From: Camelus ferus
Taxonomy: Eukaryota
Reading direction: 5' to 3'
Length of the DNA: 64,000 nucleotides
NCBI RefSeq assembly: GCF_009834535.1
Contig: NC_045697.1
Coordinates: 6,450,001-6,514,000 of the forward strand
Below, one piece after another: positions 38,136 through 50,458 of this stretch (positions are counted from its first letter, which is position 1; every line of letters begins with the position of its first letter). Below the pieces are notes generated by a model. That model had not been told where the DNA came from. It did no database searches and saw only the letters and a list, made by a program, of their open reading frames with translations. A program made the translations under genes and the position numbers.

Positions 38136-39599
38136 CAAATGAGTTCTCGATAGGCATGTATTGAATTCGTATTGTGCAGCCGAGATTTCTCAACACTCAG
38201 CTCCCTCATTTGGACTTGTTTCATGAAAAGTTGCCTAAAGGTCATCTAGCACACTCAGTGTTTTATGTTTTACTTTATACCCTGGGATTATGCAAAATCA
38301 CCAAAGAATTGCTCACATGATCTGCAGGGTTTTTGCTTCCTCATAGACTTATTTTTCCTAAAATGCAGCATAGTTTCATGCTGTTAGTCTGAATTTAGGA
38401 ACATTGTAGGCAGAAAATATTCTAATTACATTTTCCTTATTAGCATATACATGAGACGTTTCTAGTAGGTCTCAGGACAAGAAGCTGCACTCTTCTTAGC
38501 AATTAGTTTGCTTTGATTTAACATAAAATATCAACCCTATAAGAGATCATATTTCCCTTCCTCCTTTGGCTGCTAAGACTCTCAAGGCAAATTTCTGGTC
38601 TGAGTCCAAGTAGCGTAGAGGACCGTGACATGAATGCATTTGTGCTTCTTGGTCTGGCTTCATCATGTTCTTAAACTTTTGTCCTTTCACCTTGAATTCT
38701 CTTACCGGATCAAAATACAAAATTAATAGCTGTGAATTTGTGCCAGCATGCCCAAGTCTTTTGTAGGGTGTAATGTGTAAATTAATGGAAGTCTGGCTCA
38801 GTGGAAACACGGTTCTCTGGAATTTGTTTAGGACTGGTGCACGGGGGATGTGTTAACTCGCCAGAGCCTAATCTCCTTGAGATAATGAGCCTGGAGGAGC
38901 AGAATCCTGTCTGCACCTGCCACCAGTTTCCATCCATCCTTTTGGTAGGACTAGCAGCTACCAGTACCCTGGGGCACTAATAACACTGTCCTGTCCCAGC
39001 ACGGTTACACCCTCCTGAGATCCCTGGCAGAGAAACCCACAGGTTTCCAGCCCTTTGCAGTAGCAGTTTGTACATGCCCATGAATTAAATTAATAAAGTT
39101 GCCCATTAAAGACCAGCTTGTCTGGCAGGAACAAATGAGCACGGAATTATTGGGGATTCGGAAAGCAGCTCCACTGTCTGAGTCAGGGGCCAAATAATTT
39201 CATTTTAGGAAATTGGCCTCATTGAACATGGTCATTATGCCCACATCCTCCTGGAGAGCTGTGGGGTCTCTTCAACTGGCATTGCCGTCTGGGACTCTCC
39301 CGGAGTCCCCAAATATGCTACATGCCACTCCTGGGTCTTGCCTTGTGTTGATTCCACCGGGAGGCCCTGTCTCCTCCACTTTGTTTTCCAAAATGCTCAG
39401 TGTCCTTGGAGAGCCTCCCAGGGCTTCCTTTCTCACCATGCCAGACCACCATAACACAGGGAACTGTTGGAGCAGTTGTTTTCTGTCTCACTCACAGTGA
39501 CACAGATAAAAACAGGCAGCCTCTGATCACTTCTTTGTTGTGTACGTACACCACCCTCATTACCTCTCTCTGTTATTGGAAATTTCATTTTAAAAGCAT

Positions 39600-39960
39600 A
39601 GTTTTAAAAGTGCAGATCAGTTCGTGTCACTTATGGCCCATGAAACGTGGTCCAGATTCCCTGCTGTGGCTCGCAGAGGCCAGCACCACCCAGCACAGCC
39701 TGGCCTTGGCCTATCTCTAATCTCATCTCTTTCCAGTGTCTTCCTTCTCTGAACTCTAGACACATCAGCCTCTTTTTAAGTCCATCCAGTACCCCAAGCT
39801 CCTCCCACTCGGTGCCTTTACGTGCTCTGTCCCTCAGTCCAGAACGTTCTCGCCTCAGCTCTCTCCAGGCCTGGATCCTTTTCATCCATCATATTGTCCT
39901 TTAAATGTCATCTCCCTTCAGGGACCGTCCCTGACTACCAATCTCAGGTAAAAATTAAGC
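39600..39960 (+). mobile_element. L2 relic
   Basis: aaagtgcagatcag...tccagattccct...gcctggccttggcctatctct...ttaaatgtcatctcccttcagggaccgtccctgact. Confidence 0.55.
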
Positions 39961-41478
39961 AGCACCTCTCCAGCCCCGGTCGTCACTACCTCAGGCACCT
40001 GGGATGGCAGAGAGAATGCTGTGCGCTCACGAAACCCCGTTCCCTCTTCCAGGGGGTGGTCGGTGGGCACACAGTTCCCAGCGCCCCTTACACTGGGTGG
40101 CCATGGCCTGGTGCTGTGGCCGCTGCGAAGAGGCGGGTGTGATGGATTCCACTCCACCTCTCATTCATGCCCCAGGCTCTGGGCAGAGAGAGCGGACCCC
40201 AAGACCCTCAGGCACTGAGTAGAAGGAGAGTGGATCCCCAGTGAGTGCTTGGGAAAAGACCTCCTTCACTTTACATTGGATTGTGATGAGCAAGAAATAA
40301 ACCTTCATTTCAGTCAGCCATTAACATCTGTGGTTTACGCGTCCTAGGTGTGAGTCCTCCCTGATTAGTACACCTCATTCAGCTTCCCCACAGCGCGTGG
40401 GAGCACCGCGTGCGGACGAGTGTGCCACATGGTTACAGACGGCGTGCCTGCCTCCCCGAGGCAGAGGTGAGACTCCAGGCTTCTGCTCACTCCTGCAACC
40501 CAGTGTCTGTAGGTGACAGCGAATGGGCAGTGGCCTGTGAGCTAGAGGGAGGGGTGCAGGGGAAACACCCAGCCCTGGGAACCAGCAGCAGGACTCCAAG
40601 TCGCGCCTGATCTGCCCCCTTGCTGAGTGCACTTGGGCTTGGTGCTCCCTCTTGCCTCCTTCCCTTTTCTGATTCTTAGTTTCCTCACCTGTAAAGCACA
40701 GTATTAGAATCTCAAACTAGCTGAGTTCCCAGAACCTTTCATTTTCATTTCCTTTTTTTAAAACCTGTGCCCAAAGCTGGTTATAGAATCTGTCCCATTA
40801 AGAAACCACCACAGCTGGTTAAAAGGATGGATGGATGAATGAATAAATGATTGAATGGTGATATGTAAGGCAGGGGCCTCCTCTCCCATTTCTCATGTGA
40901 TCTCCAGAAATTCAAATGAAATATTCTGAGAAAGTTGTTTCCCAGGGATCTGACAGCTGTCTCTTGGTGGGGACAGTCTTGATAGTTTTCATTTATCTAT
41001 CTGTATATTTTTTGCTTCAGCCAGTGATTCTCAAAAGACTGTCCCAGAACTACCTGAATTAGAATGATTTTGTTAAAGGTAAGGGTCCTCTGGCCTCACA
41101 GCAGGTGTGCCAAAGCAAAACCTGGCGTGGGCTTGAGTCTGTGCATTCTTAACTGCTCTGACACACGCTGAATTTTGAAGACGATGATACATCTTTGGGG
41201 CTTATCAACCTTGGACGATTTGAAATCCTGGCTTGTGCTTACCAGAACTGGGTGAACAGCTTTTCCTGCAGTTTAGCTGTTCACTTTTCAATTTGTTTCT
41301 GTCCACCTGTTTCTCCAGCTTCTTGGGGAGAACCAGCCTCTGCTAAGTTCATACAGGTATTGCACTGTCCAGAAACGGTCAGCAGGAGGCACTGGATGCT
41401 CACGTATTCCATACCTGCCTTTCCTCCCTCTGGTCCTAAAATTCTTATTAATTTTTCTTTTAAAAGTGGGAAAAACCA

Positions 41479-41589
41479 CTGAATTGCTTTGCTGTACACC
41501 TGAAACTAACACTGTAAATCGACTACACTTCAATTAAAAAAACTCTTTAATTAATTAATAGATTAAACAATAGGATGTTTAACACTAAA
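41479..41589 (+). mobile_element. 64-bp L1 terminus plus 44 bp extra sequence, bounded by a 17-bp TSD
   Basis: TSD aaaagtgggaaaaacca at 41462-41478 and 41590-41606. TTTT|AAAA site. Confidence 0.88.
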
Positions 41590-43682
41590 AAAAGTGGGAA
41601 AAACCAACCTTTAAGATTGATTTCTTTAGAAAACACAGAACAAAACAAAACAAGGGTTCCTGGACAAAATGAAATTTCTTATCTATTTAATTGGATCAAC
41701 CAATATATACCTTCATCAGGGTTTTTACTGTGTATGATAACTTAAGACAGAAGGACTCACTTTCTAAGCAGGGCTGTCCTCTCCAATTTCATTCTGTATT
41801 CAGTGGAAGGAGAAAAACTCCTGAGTTTATTTTACGGAAAAACATGACACTGTTCTCTATGGATCAACTTCACAGAAGATGTTGGCATTGACAGATTGTC
41901 CAAGTTTGAATATGTGTCTGTCTTCTCGAGGTCTAGAGATTTTTTTTTTTTGACAGATTGCTTTCAGTATACAAAAATATATGCTGCTGTAGAAAAATCA
42001 GATACAGATAAGCAAAAAAGAGGAGAATAAAAATCACTGTAATGTCCCCACACCAACACACCCACTATAAATACTTGATTAGCACAAAATCACTAACACA
42101 CACGTGTGATACACTCTATGTATACACGATCACAGTGCGTGCACACTGTTTTCTTGCCTGCGCGTTCATATAATAGCAGGCTACGACGTATCCATCCGTG
42201 TGCGTCACAGCAGTATATTTAATGGCTCCGTAGTATTCTCTCGTAAGGGTGCCCCACCATATTTTCAATGACTCCCATGGTAGAAAATTGCAAACAGTTT
42301 TAAAGTATCTGAGAATGTTATACGTATCAACATGATGAACAGTCTCCTATAAGTCATCACGTGCTTCCTTAATTGTATCAGTTTTATTATAGTTTAATAG
42401 ACCGCGGCAGGGTGTGTAAGGGGTGAAATGTTTGTGGCTAAGTGTTTTTGTCGGGGTGTAGATTTGAATGCCTGTGGGCGGCTTTATCTCAATCGACTTT
42501 TTTTTTTTTTTTTAATGGTTTTGATTTGTTTTTTTTCCCCGCTTGTGTCTTGCAGTGCTGTTGATGAAATAGCACCCTACCTGTCAGCAGGTGGAGAACA
42601 AGCCGGGAGGGAGAGAGGTACAGGTCACGATTATAATTCATCAGCCACTGCATCAGATTAACAACCTCATTTCCCAGCACCACCCCCTTGAGAATTTTCT
42701 ACAGTCCCTGCAAGACTCTTTTAAGTGGGTGGTTGGAAGGGGTGAGAGGTGGCCAGCAAGGGGAGAGGGGTAGTTTTTGACTCCAAAGACTCACAGCAAT
42801 TTGGAAGCATCTACCTGGAGAGAATGCAGCCTTTCTTAGGACCTGACTGAGAAGCTTCAGAAAAACACGTTCTGCAAGAGGAATTAGAGCTGGTTGCTCA
42901 TTTCTTATTTATATTCATACTTGAAATGTTGATTTTGCCTTTCTCCTTCTCACTGCTCTGCAGGGCGCGCTGGGTGCTGGTTACACGCTCCAACCTGCGC
43001 TATAATGAACCTTTCGGATTCATTTGCTGATGACATCACTCCCTGTGAACCAATCACTCCTTTGCATGCTTCCTCTTGTCTATTTCTCATTTTTTTATGT
43101 CTCATTCTGGTCCTCATTCCTAGTCACCAGATTTCTAAGAAATTCTATGGGACTTTCCTTGATATAACAATGCTGCAAAATGGATGCTATCTACTTTATT
43201 CAAAAGTTCGTGGGGTCCTACTAAGTGTTTGGTAACAGGAACTAGGCTCTGAAAAGATGCAAGAGAAGCCTAAAATGAGGTTTCTGCCCCATTCCCTCCC
43301 TCCACACGTATTTTGGGGGGAACCCATGTGTCAAGTGGAGTGGGACAAACCCGAGTGAGCAGCCACAATACGGGCCCTCAGGCAGACTTCTACCCATTTC
43401 ACAGATGGAGAAACTTGGGCCCACAGGGGTCTTTGCTTCATCCAAAGTTGCACAGCTAATAAAGGGAGAGCCAGACATCTGACGTCTGCAAATATTGCAG
43501 ACTTACACCCTGGGAGCAACCAGAGGGAAAGACTGTAAGTAACTAATGTCACTTTGAACAGGCCAGTAGTTCTACCCAAGGAAAAACAGAAAAGAATGAA
43601 AAGAAGAAAAAGAGGTTCATGCTGACATCCCTGCTGCTTAGGTCCCAGTGGGGGCGAGGTGGGGCCGTGGGGGCTGACTCAC

Positions 43683-43711
43683 CTGTAGCACTACTGATTC
43701 GGGGCCATGAC
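43683..43711 (-). CDS. CLNK: CLNK micro-exon (29 nt, phase 2-1; exon 4): (R)SWPRISSAT(G)
   Basis: ttctcttttctgccctag|GTCATGGCCCCGAATCAGTAGTGCTACAG|gtgagt. Confidence 0.93.
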
Positions 43712-44369
43712 CTAGGGCAGAAAAGAGAACCAAGGTTAAGTGCCAGCTGCATGCAATTCAGCATCCTCCCCGAAGGAGTGGGTGATCATCAAAGACATTT
43801 CAGGGATCAGCTTAGGGAACAGTTGCTTTCTGTTTGTGCTGTTCTAGACCTAAAAGGACATTTCCCTACAGAGAATATAAAAAATAGAAAAATGCATGGA
43901 GAAGGAAATAACAGTCAACACCACAGATGATGTTTTGCTGAGTCTCATGCACACGTGTGTGTATGTGTGTGAGGGTGTGTGTATACATTTCAATGTATAG
44001 ACATCTGAAAATAATACGAAAGGATGTATAGGATCCTGATGTTAAAAAATGCATTGTGTATCTTGAACTGTTATTCAAAAACAGGGTATTTTTTGGCTGT
44101 GTGATGTTTGGAGGAAGAAATTAGGTCATTTTTACTATTGCAAATAATGTTGCAGTGTGTCTCCCTGCTTGCAGTTTTAGTCTGATGGCTGAGTATTTCC
44201 ATGGAGAGACTCCATCAAGGGCAGTGAAAGTGTCTGATAATGAGGGTCTTCTAAGCCCCTTGTTGAGTATCCTCAGGTGCCTTCAAGATGGGCTGTGTCA
44301 ATTTACATTCTTACCCACACAGTGAGAAGGGACCATCTCACCGTATCTTACTACCATTGGAAAAAAAAA

Positions 44370-44603
44370 AATTGAAGTATACTTGACTTACAAAACGGAA
44401 ACTGACTCACAGACATAGAAAACAAACTTATTGGTTACCAGGAAGGAAAGGGGGAGGGGATATTTAGGACGTTGGGACTAGCAGACACACACTACTATAT
44501 AGAAAATAGATGAACAACAAGGTCCTACTGTACAGCACGGAGAACTACATTCAATATGTTGTAATAACCTATAACGATAAAGAACATGAAAAAGAATATA
44601 TAT
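44370..44603. mobile_element. rearranged (inverted) L1 3'UTR fragment
   Basis: Reverse-complement L1 terminus aattgaagtatacttgacttacaa fused to sense 3'UTR caaaacggaaactgactcacagacatagaaaacaaac... Confidence 0.75.
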
Positions 44604-47600
44604 TTAAATTCACAACCATTTAAAACAAATTTTCCTGCTTGGTACTTGATGCCTTATTTTGTCTGTTTCACTTCCTTGATGACCAGTGAGATGGAATTAT
44701 TATTATTACCATTTTCAAATGATTTTGGGCCATTTGCATTTCTTTGCTGGTAAGTTATCTGAAAAGACCAACAGGGTCTCTTCCTGGCCACCACAGTCAC
44801 CCTTGGACAGTGTGTTTTGAAAGCATCTTTTCCCCAGATTTTGGGCAATGATATGAAAAGCCCTGGGCGGCAGGAAGCTCCAAAGCCCGTGGCTGCTGTG
44901 AGCTTACTTGTTTGTGCCTTTAATCCCCGGCCCTCGCAGCGCACTTATCCTCCGAGGCTCTCAAAGTGCGTCACAGGAGCGATTAATTGAGCATCGCAAC
45001 ACACGCGGGCTGTAAATATTTATGAGCCCTCGTTGGCGGCGGGGACACTGGGCACAGAAGAGTTAAGCTGGGAGGTGTTAAGTTACCAGGAGACCACAGC
45101 CCGTGGGTCCGGATTCCAGCTCAGCCCGTGGCTCTCTGCTCACAGGTTAATGCTCAGAATGAATTTGTTGGGTAACTATTACTGTCCCAAGTTTATAGAC
45201 GAGGAAATGGGGGATTCACAACGTGCCCCATCCCACAGAAAGCCAGGGAATGGGCAGCAGCCTGTGGGCCCCCCAGAGTCTTGTCGCCTCCCCTGGCCCT
45301 TGCCTGTAGGCAGTGGCGTGTCATGGAGGGACTGTGCAGCTGCTGTCTTGGATGCTTTGTGGTTGGCTCCTGGCATGCTTTCAAGTTTCCTGAGATTCTG
45401 CAGAAATCAACAGATCAGCCAGGGGGGAGCCGATTGTTTATCGGGGCCTGGGAGCTCTCTCTTGACACTTTCAACACGTGGCCTCGTCCCCGACATCTTG
45501 GTCTCTGATTAAAGCCTCAAAATGTTCCCTAGACTTGCAACTCATGACAGGTGAAGTGGAGATGATATGTTTCTGCGACTGTACAGGGAGCGTGATGTAA
45601 GAGGCGGGCCAGGCTGGGGACAAAAGGCAGCACATCACTGAGGGCAGGACGCAGTCCTGAGCCCCAGGAATTTGAATACGAGGCATACTCTCCCCGGGGT
45701 CCTAGGAGGAACTTCAGGTCTCAGATTAGGATTTTGTCCTCATTCTGACCTTGGCCTCCCCTGATTCTTAGAATCAAAGACCATTAATGCTCGAAAGTGC
45801 ATCGGAGATCATGTTGTCCAGTTTGTGGTTCCAAGTTTCGGACTCTTGGAGGCAGGACTGGGGTCTTTTGACAGCTGGAGAGAATGGAGCTAAAGGGGAA
45901 AACGCTCCTTCAGGCACTGAGCAAGTCTCGGTTCTAGCCGGTGGACTTTCCCCACTTTGCAGATGCAACTAAAGCTTAGAAGGGAGAAGCGATGTTTCTA
46001 AAGGGGAACGGCAAGCGGTTGGCAGAACTGGGATTGGCCTTATTATTTACCAGCAGATGCGAGTTGCCTGCATCTGGAAGCTCCCTCCCGATTGTAAGGC
46101 CAATCGTGAGGCTGTCTGAAGGTGGTTCATCTGACGGGGCCCCAAAGCGATGGTGCTCATTTATGTCATGTCCTCGGGGACTCTGCACCCCAGGGCTCTC
46201 CGTGCGTCAGTGCAAGCCAGATGAATTAGCAGAGGAAGCAGCAGCAGAGCAGGGAACAATGTTGTTATTCCAGCTGAGCCCGAAACGGGGGGAGGGAGAA
46301 GAGGGAGGCTGGAAGGAGGGGCCTGGGGAGACGTCCTGGACTCCACAGTTATGTCTGGCTGGAGCGCGGACAGCGTCTGGACACCGGCAGCTGACAAGAT
46401 CTCCAAAAAGGCTCCTGCATTAACCCTCTTTGCAGCTTGACAGCCCAGGGTGATTAATGAAAGATGCTGCTAGCAAACTTCCTGGAGATTTGATGTGTTC
46501 TCTCTGCGCTCAAGCAAGGCCCATGTGTTAGCAAGCTGCCTCTTGCCAGGGAATTACAAGGATGCTCCCTGGCTTCCTTTCGTCAACAGCATCAGTAAGG
46601 CAGCCGCGTGCGAATGGGCCGCAGCTGGATGGTGTGTGGCTTGGCAGCCGCCCCTCTGCCCTCCGCACCCCCCTGCTCCCTTCCACATCTGGCCTGAGGG
46701 AAGCAGTCTCTCTCCCCACTTCTGCCCGGACGGGCAGGTGTCCACATTGTGGGCAGGGTTGCTCATGGGCTATGAAATGAACAAAGCTAACCTCCAGCGG
46801 TTTGTGGTTTTTAATATTTCAGGCTCATTACAAATGAAGATTTTTAATTGCTGAATTATTTTGAATTTTTAATCCTTCTTAATCATTTAAAAGGTGTAAT
46901 CAGTTTTAATTTTTAAAGGGTATTAAATTAAACTCCCCCCACCCTTGCTACCTGGGAGACCTGGGCGTGATGAAGTCGGCAGGGTGCATTTGCGCTCTTT
47001 TATCCATGGGAACAAAGTTTGGATAGTGTGCTATTCTGGTCCCATAGAGACGGGATTTGGTCCTGTCTCCAGGGTCAGGCTCCTGGCGTGGAGACCAGTT
47101 CCTCATCGCCCCCTCGAGTGTGGTGTGTGTGGTCCCCTCTGGGTCTCCCCAGGCACCTGCAGCTGGTCCAGAATGAGACAGCAAAACCCTTGGGAAAGAG
47201 GGTGATTTCACCCTGCCAGCCCTCCCCTCTCCCAAACCGCCAAGATGAACTGGCTCAGCACCACACCTCACTTTAAGCCCTGCCCCTGAAATGCAAAGAC
47301 GAGAATAAAATTCTCTAAGTTTTGGAAGATGACTGATGTTTTTAAGAGTTACTGAACTCATATTTCATATAGACTAGAAAGAGATGAAGATAGACATGAA
47401 GTTCCTAAAGGCACTCCCTCCTTCCCGCTCTTTGAACATCTGTCTGCACCGTGTTGGGAACTGTGTACTTCGCATAAACCGTTTCAGCCAAACTTCCTAG
47501 CAATTCTTGTCGGACAGTGTCTTCATTTCAATTTGAGGGCTCTTGTGGGGTGTTTGTGCCTAACGGGACCACAAACTGGCCCTCTCATTTTGCAGATGGA

Positions 47601-50300
47601 TTGACTGAGGCCCAGGTTGGCCTCACGGGGCGGTGGGGAGTGGATGGTGTCATGTTTTACACCCAGCCAGTCTGGTGGCAGGACCCCCCTGCTTCTCTCC
47701 CCCTCTCAGAGGGAGGTGGAGGGTTTGCATCAGGAAGCAGTGGGAGCTAAGGTTTAGGGATGCAGCTGAGAGCTCAGAGAGTGGGAAGCTGAAAGATAAG
47801 CTAGGAGGACTGTATTGAAGGGTGAAAACAAAACTATCGGGCGGTTTGCTGGGTTGGACGGCAGACAGTGAACATATCGGAGCAGGATGCCTTGTCGTGC
47901 CTGGTTTAGCTCCAGGGGGCGGAGCAACGCCCGAGCCCACAGTCCGCTCCACGCTCTCTGTCCCTCCCCTGCTTGCTCTGTCTTCTCTCTCTTCTTTCTT
48001 CCGTCCTTCTCCTTCTGTTAAAAGTTTCTTTCCTCATCTATTTCAGGATCTCGTCTATGCCAGGCACTGGGAGTAGTACAAGCCAGCCGCATCCTGGAGC
48101 ATCCTCCTGGGTCCTGACTTTATTCTCCCTCCTCCCCGCCCTTCTCCCTCCCCCTCCCTCAGCCATGTTTATTGAGCGTCTGCTATGTAGGAGCTCCTTG
48201 TAGACAACCCTGGAGGGCTGGCGGGACACCACTCTATTCCATGCACCCTCTGAGAGCACTTTGGACCCTCCGTACAGCTCTCAGCTAGTGAGATCTTTTG
48301 GGAAGACACTTTCCTGCACAGTGAGGGGGGCCAGAGGGAGCAGAAGTGATTCTTACGGCTCTCTCAGTGCCACAGGTGCCCAGGGCAGCTGGAGAACAGG
48401 TGGGGCCGGGGAGCAAAACCAGAGAAGTTAAGAGCCGACCAGCAGCTCTAGCCGCCCATCCCGTCTCCTGAGACTCGGGTGTGCCTGGCCAGGAGGCTCG
48501 GCAGGGGGCCTCCTAGTGCACCGAATAGAACAGTGTGGCCGTCTCCTGGAGGACCGGCCTTCTGGGCCCGGAGAAATCACAGCCACCTGCACCTTGTCCC
48601 CTGGAGTTAACCAGTGCTGCAGCTGTTAGTGGAAGAAGGGAAAAATCGATAGTCGATGAGGTGAGGAATTGGGAAGGGTCTGAATGTGGAAAGCGTTAGG
48701 AAAGGCCCCGCCAGGAACGGGAAAGGAAACAGAGGCTGGCACTTGGAGCGGGAAGACGTGGCTCAGAACCCTGGCTCTGCGAGTGGCTTGTAGGTGGACT
48801 TGGGAAAGCCCTCAGCCACCTGGCTTTTGGTCTCCTCCGTGCTCTGCTTCTGTCACCGCATGTGCATGGTATCTTATGATCGGTTCCACCTGCCTTTCTG
48901 TGTTTGTCTCCACCATGGACTGAACATCTTGACGGCAGGAGCTCTGTCTTCTTCATTTTGATTCTCCTGGTCCCCCGCATAGTGGTCTCTCCCAGGTGGG
49001 GATAGCATTCTCTCCCACCTCCCTCCTACTCTCTTGCACCCATCAGTCCCTATCTTATTTCTTCCTCCCCCAGCCCGTTTACGTGGACAGTAGGGGCTGA
49101 GTGAGCGTTGAGCACAGAGGCTCTCACTTCGGCTCCAAAGCTTGCCTCTTGGTAAGGAGGCTGAATGCCGAGGCTCTCAGAGCTGAATGGGCATCACAGT
49201 CATTGGGAGGGCTTGTTTAGACCCAGGAGCTTGGACTCCAACACCCGAGTTTCTGAGTCAGCAGGTGGGGCCCGGGAACCTGCATTTCACGGTAGCTGCC
49301 AGGCGATGCTGACGCTGGCCCAGCGACCACGTCTAAGAGTCGCTGCCGTGAGGCTCCCCCATCGTGGATGTGGACCCTCCTCGCCGAAGTTTGACGCATA
49401 CGCCCCATCTTCACAGTGGAGAGTCTTGAGCAGATTCGTGACTCATAGGAAGAGAGAACAACATTCACGTGTGATAACTTAGACCCAGAAATGGCGCTTG
49501 ATTTGACGTCAAACTGAATCCAAATCCAGCCATTACTAGTTCCCGGCTCTGTGACCAAAACACGTCGTCTCTCAGGCTCCCTTTGCTCATCGCTCAGATG
49601 AGAACAACAGCACCTACTTCGGAGAATTGCTGTGAGTCGGATGCCCGTGTTCTTCTCGTGGCGTCTGGCGCTTGTCAGGCGTTCAACTACTGATTTCAGT
49701 TTGGACTTGGTTGGAAAACCTCAGTCAGTGATCTCCTGTTGCTGGCCTCATGGGGACATGGCACGGAATAGAAGTGGGCCCTGGGGATTCAGCCAGATAA
49801 GTTCCATGGGACGTTCTAGGAAACACTCATCTCAGTGCTGTAGGTGGGGTGTGGTTAACAGGTGTGCGGCCATCCTGTCTTTCTCTTGATCGTCTCCCGG
49901 GCTGTCGCACCTGGGTGAAGCCCCAGCACTTAGCTTCCTGTTTTACTTTGTATGTTACCAGGAGGTCCGTGTGAGTTTGAGTTTGGGGGTGGGCGGGGGT
50001 GGATGGCTCTGCTGAGCCTGTCCCTACACCCACCGGGTGGCAGTACTGAGGGCAGCGGCATGGAGTGGCAGCGTTGTTTTATAGCCTCGTAATAATAATG
50101 ATGCCCACCGTTTACTGTGAACCACAACCAGCGAGTCAGCCTCGGGGAAGTTATTTACCGTCTCTAGTCTGCACTGTTCTCTCCTGGAAAAGGCGAACTA
50201 GTAAGAGCGTGATGGCTAGAATCCAGGGAGATACATGTATTAAGCTCTTAAAATAGCTCCTAGCCTGTGGTGGGCACTCAGTGACCGATAACCTTAAAAA

Positions 50301-50458
50301 TTTTTTTTCTTTATTTTGTATTTATTTTAAAATTTTTTGGTTTTTTTGGGGGGGTAGGTAATTAAGTTTATTTATTTAGTTTAATGCAGGTACTAGGGAT
50401 TGAACCCAGGATGTCATGCATGCTAAGCACATGCTCTACCACTGAGCTCTCCCCAGCC
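50301..50458 (-). mobile_element. tRNA-Ala-derived SINE (camelid Vic-1-like)
   Basis: Minus strand ggctggggagAGCTCAGTGGtagagcatgtgcttagcatgcatgacatcctgGGTTCAATCCctagtacc: A box and B box followed by an A-rich tail. Confidence 0.8.

Noticed and set aside
50385..50458. Possible tRNA-Ala gene
   Set aside because: Acceptor stem does not pair well and an A-rich SINE tail follows, so it is a SINE rather than a functional tRNA.
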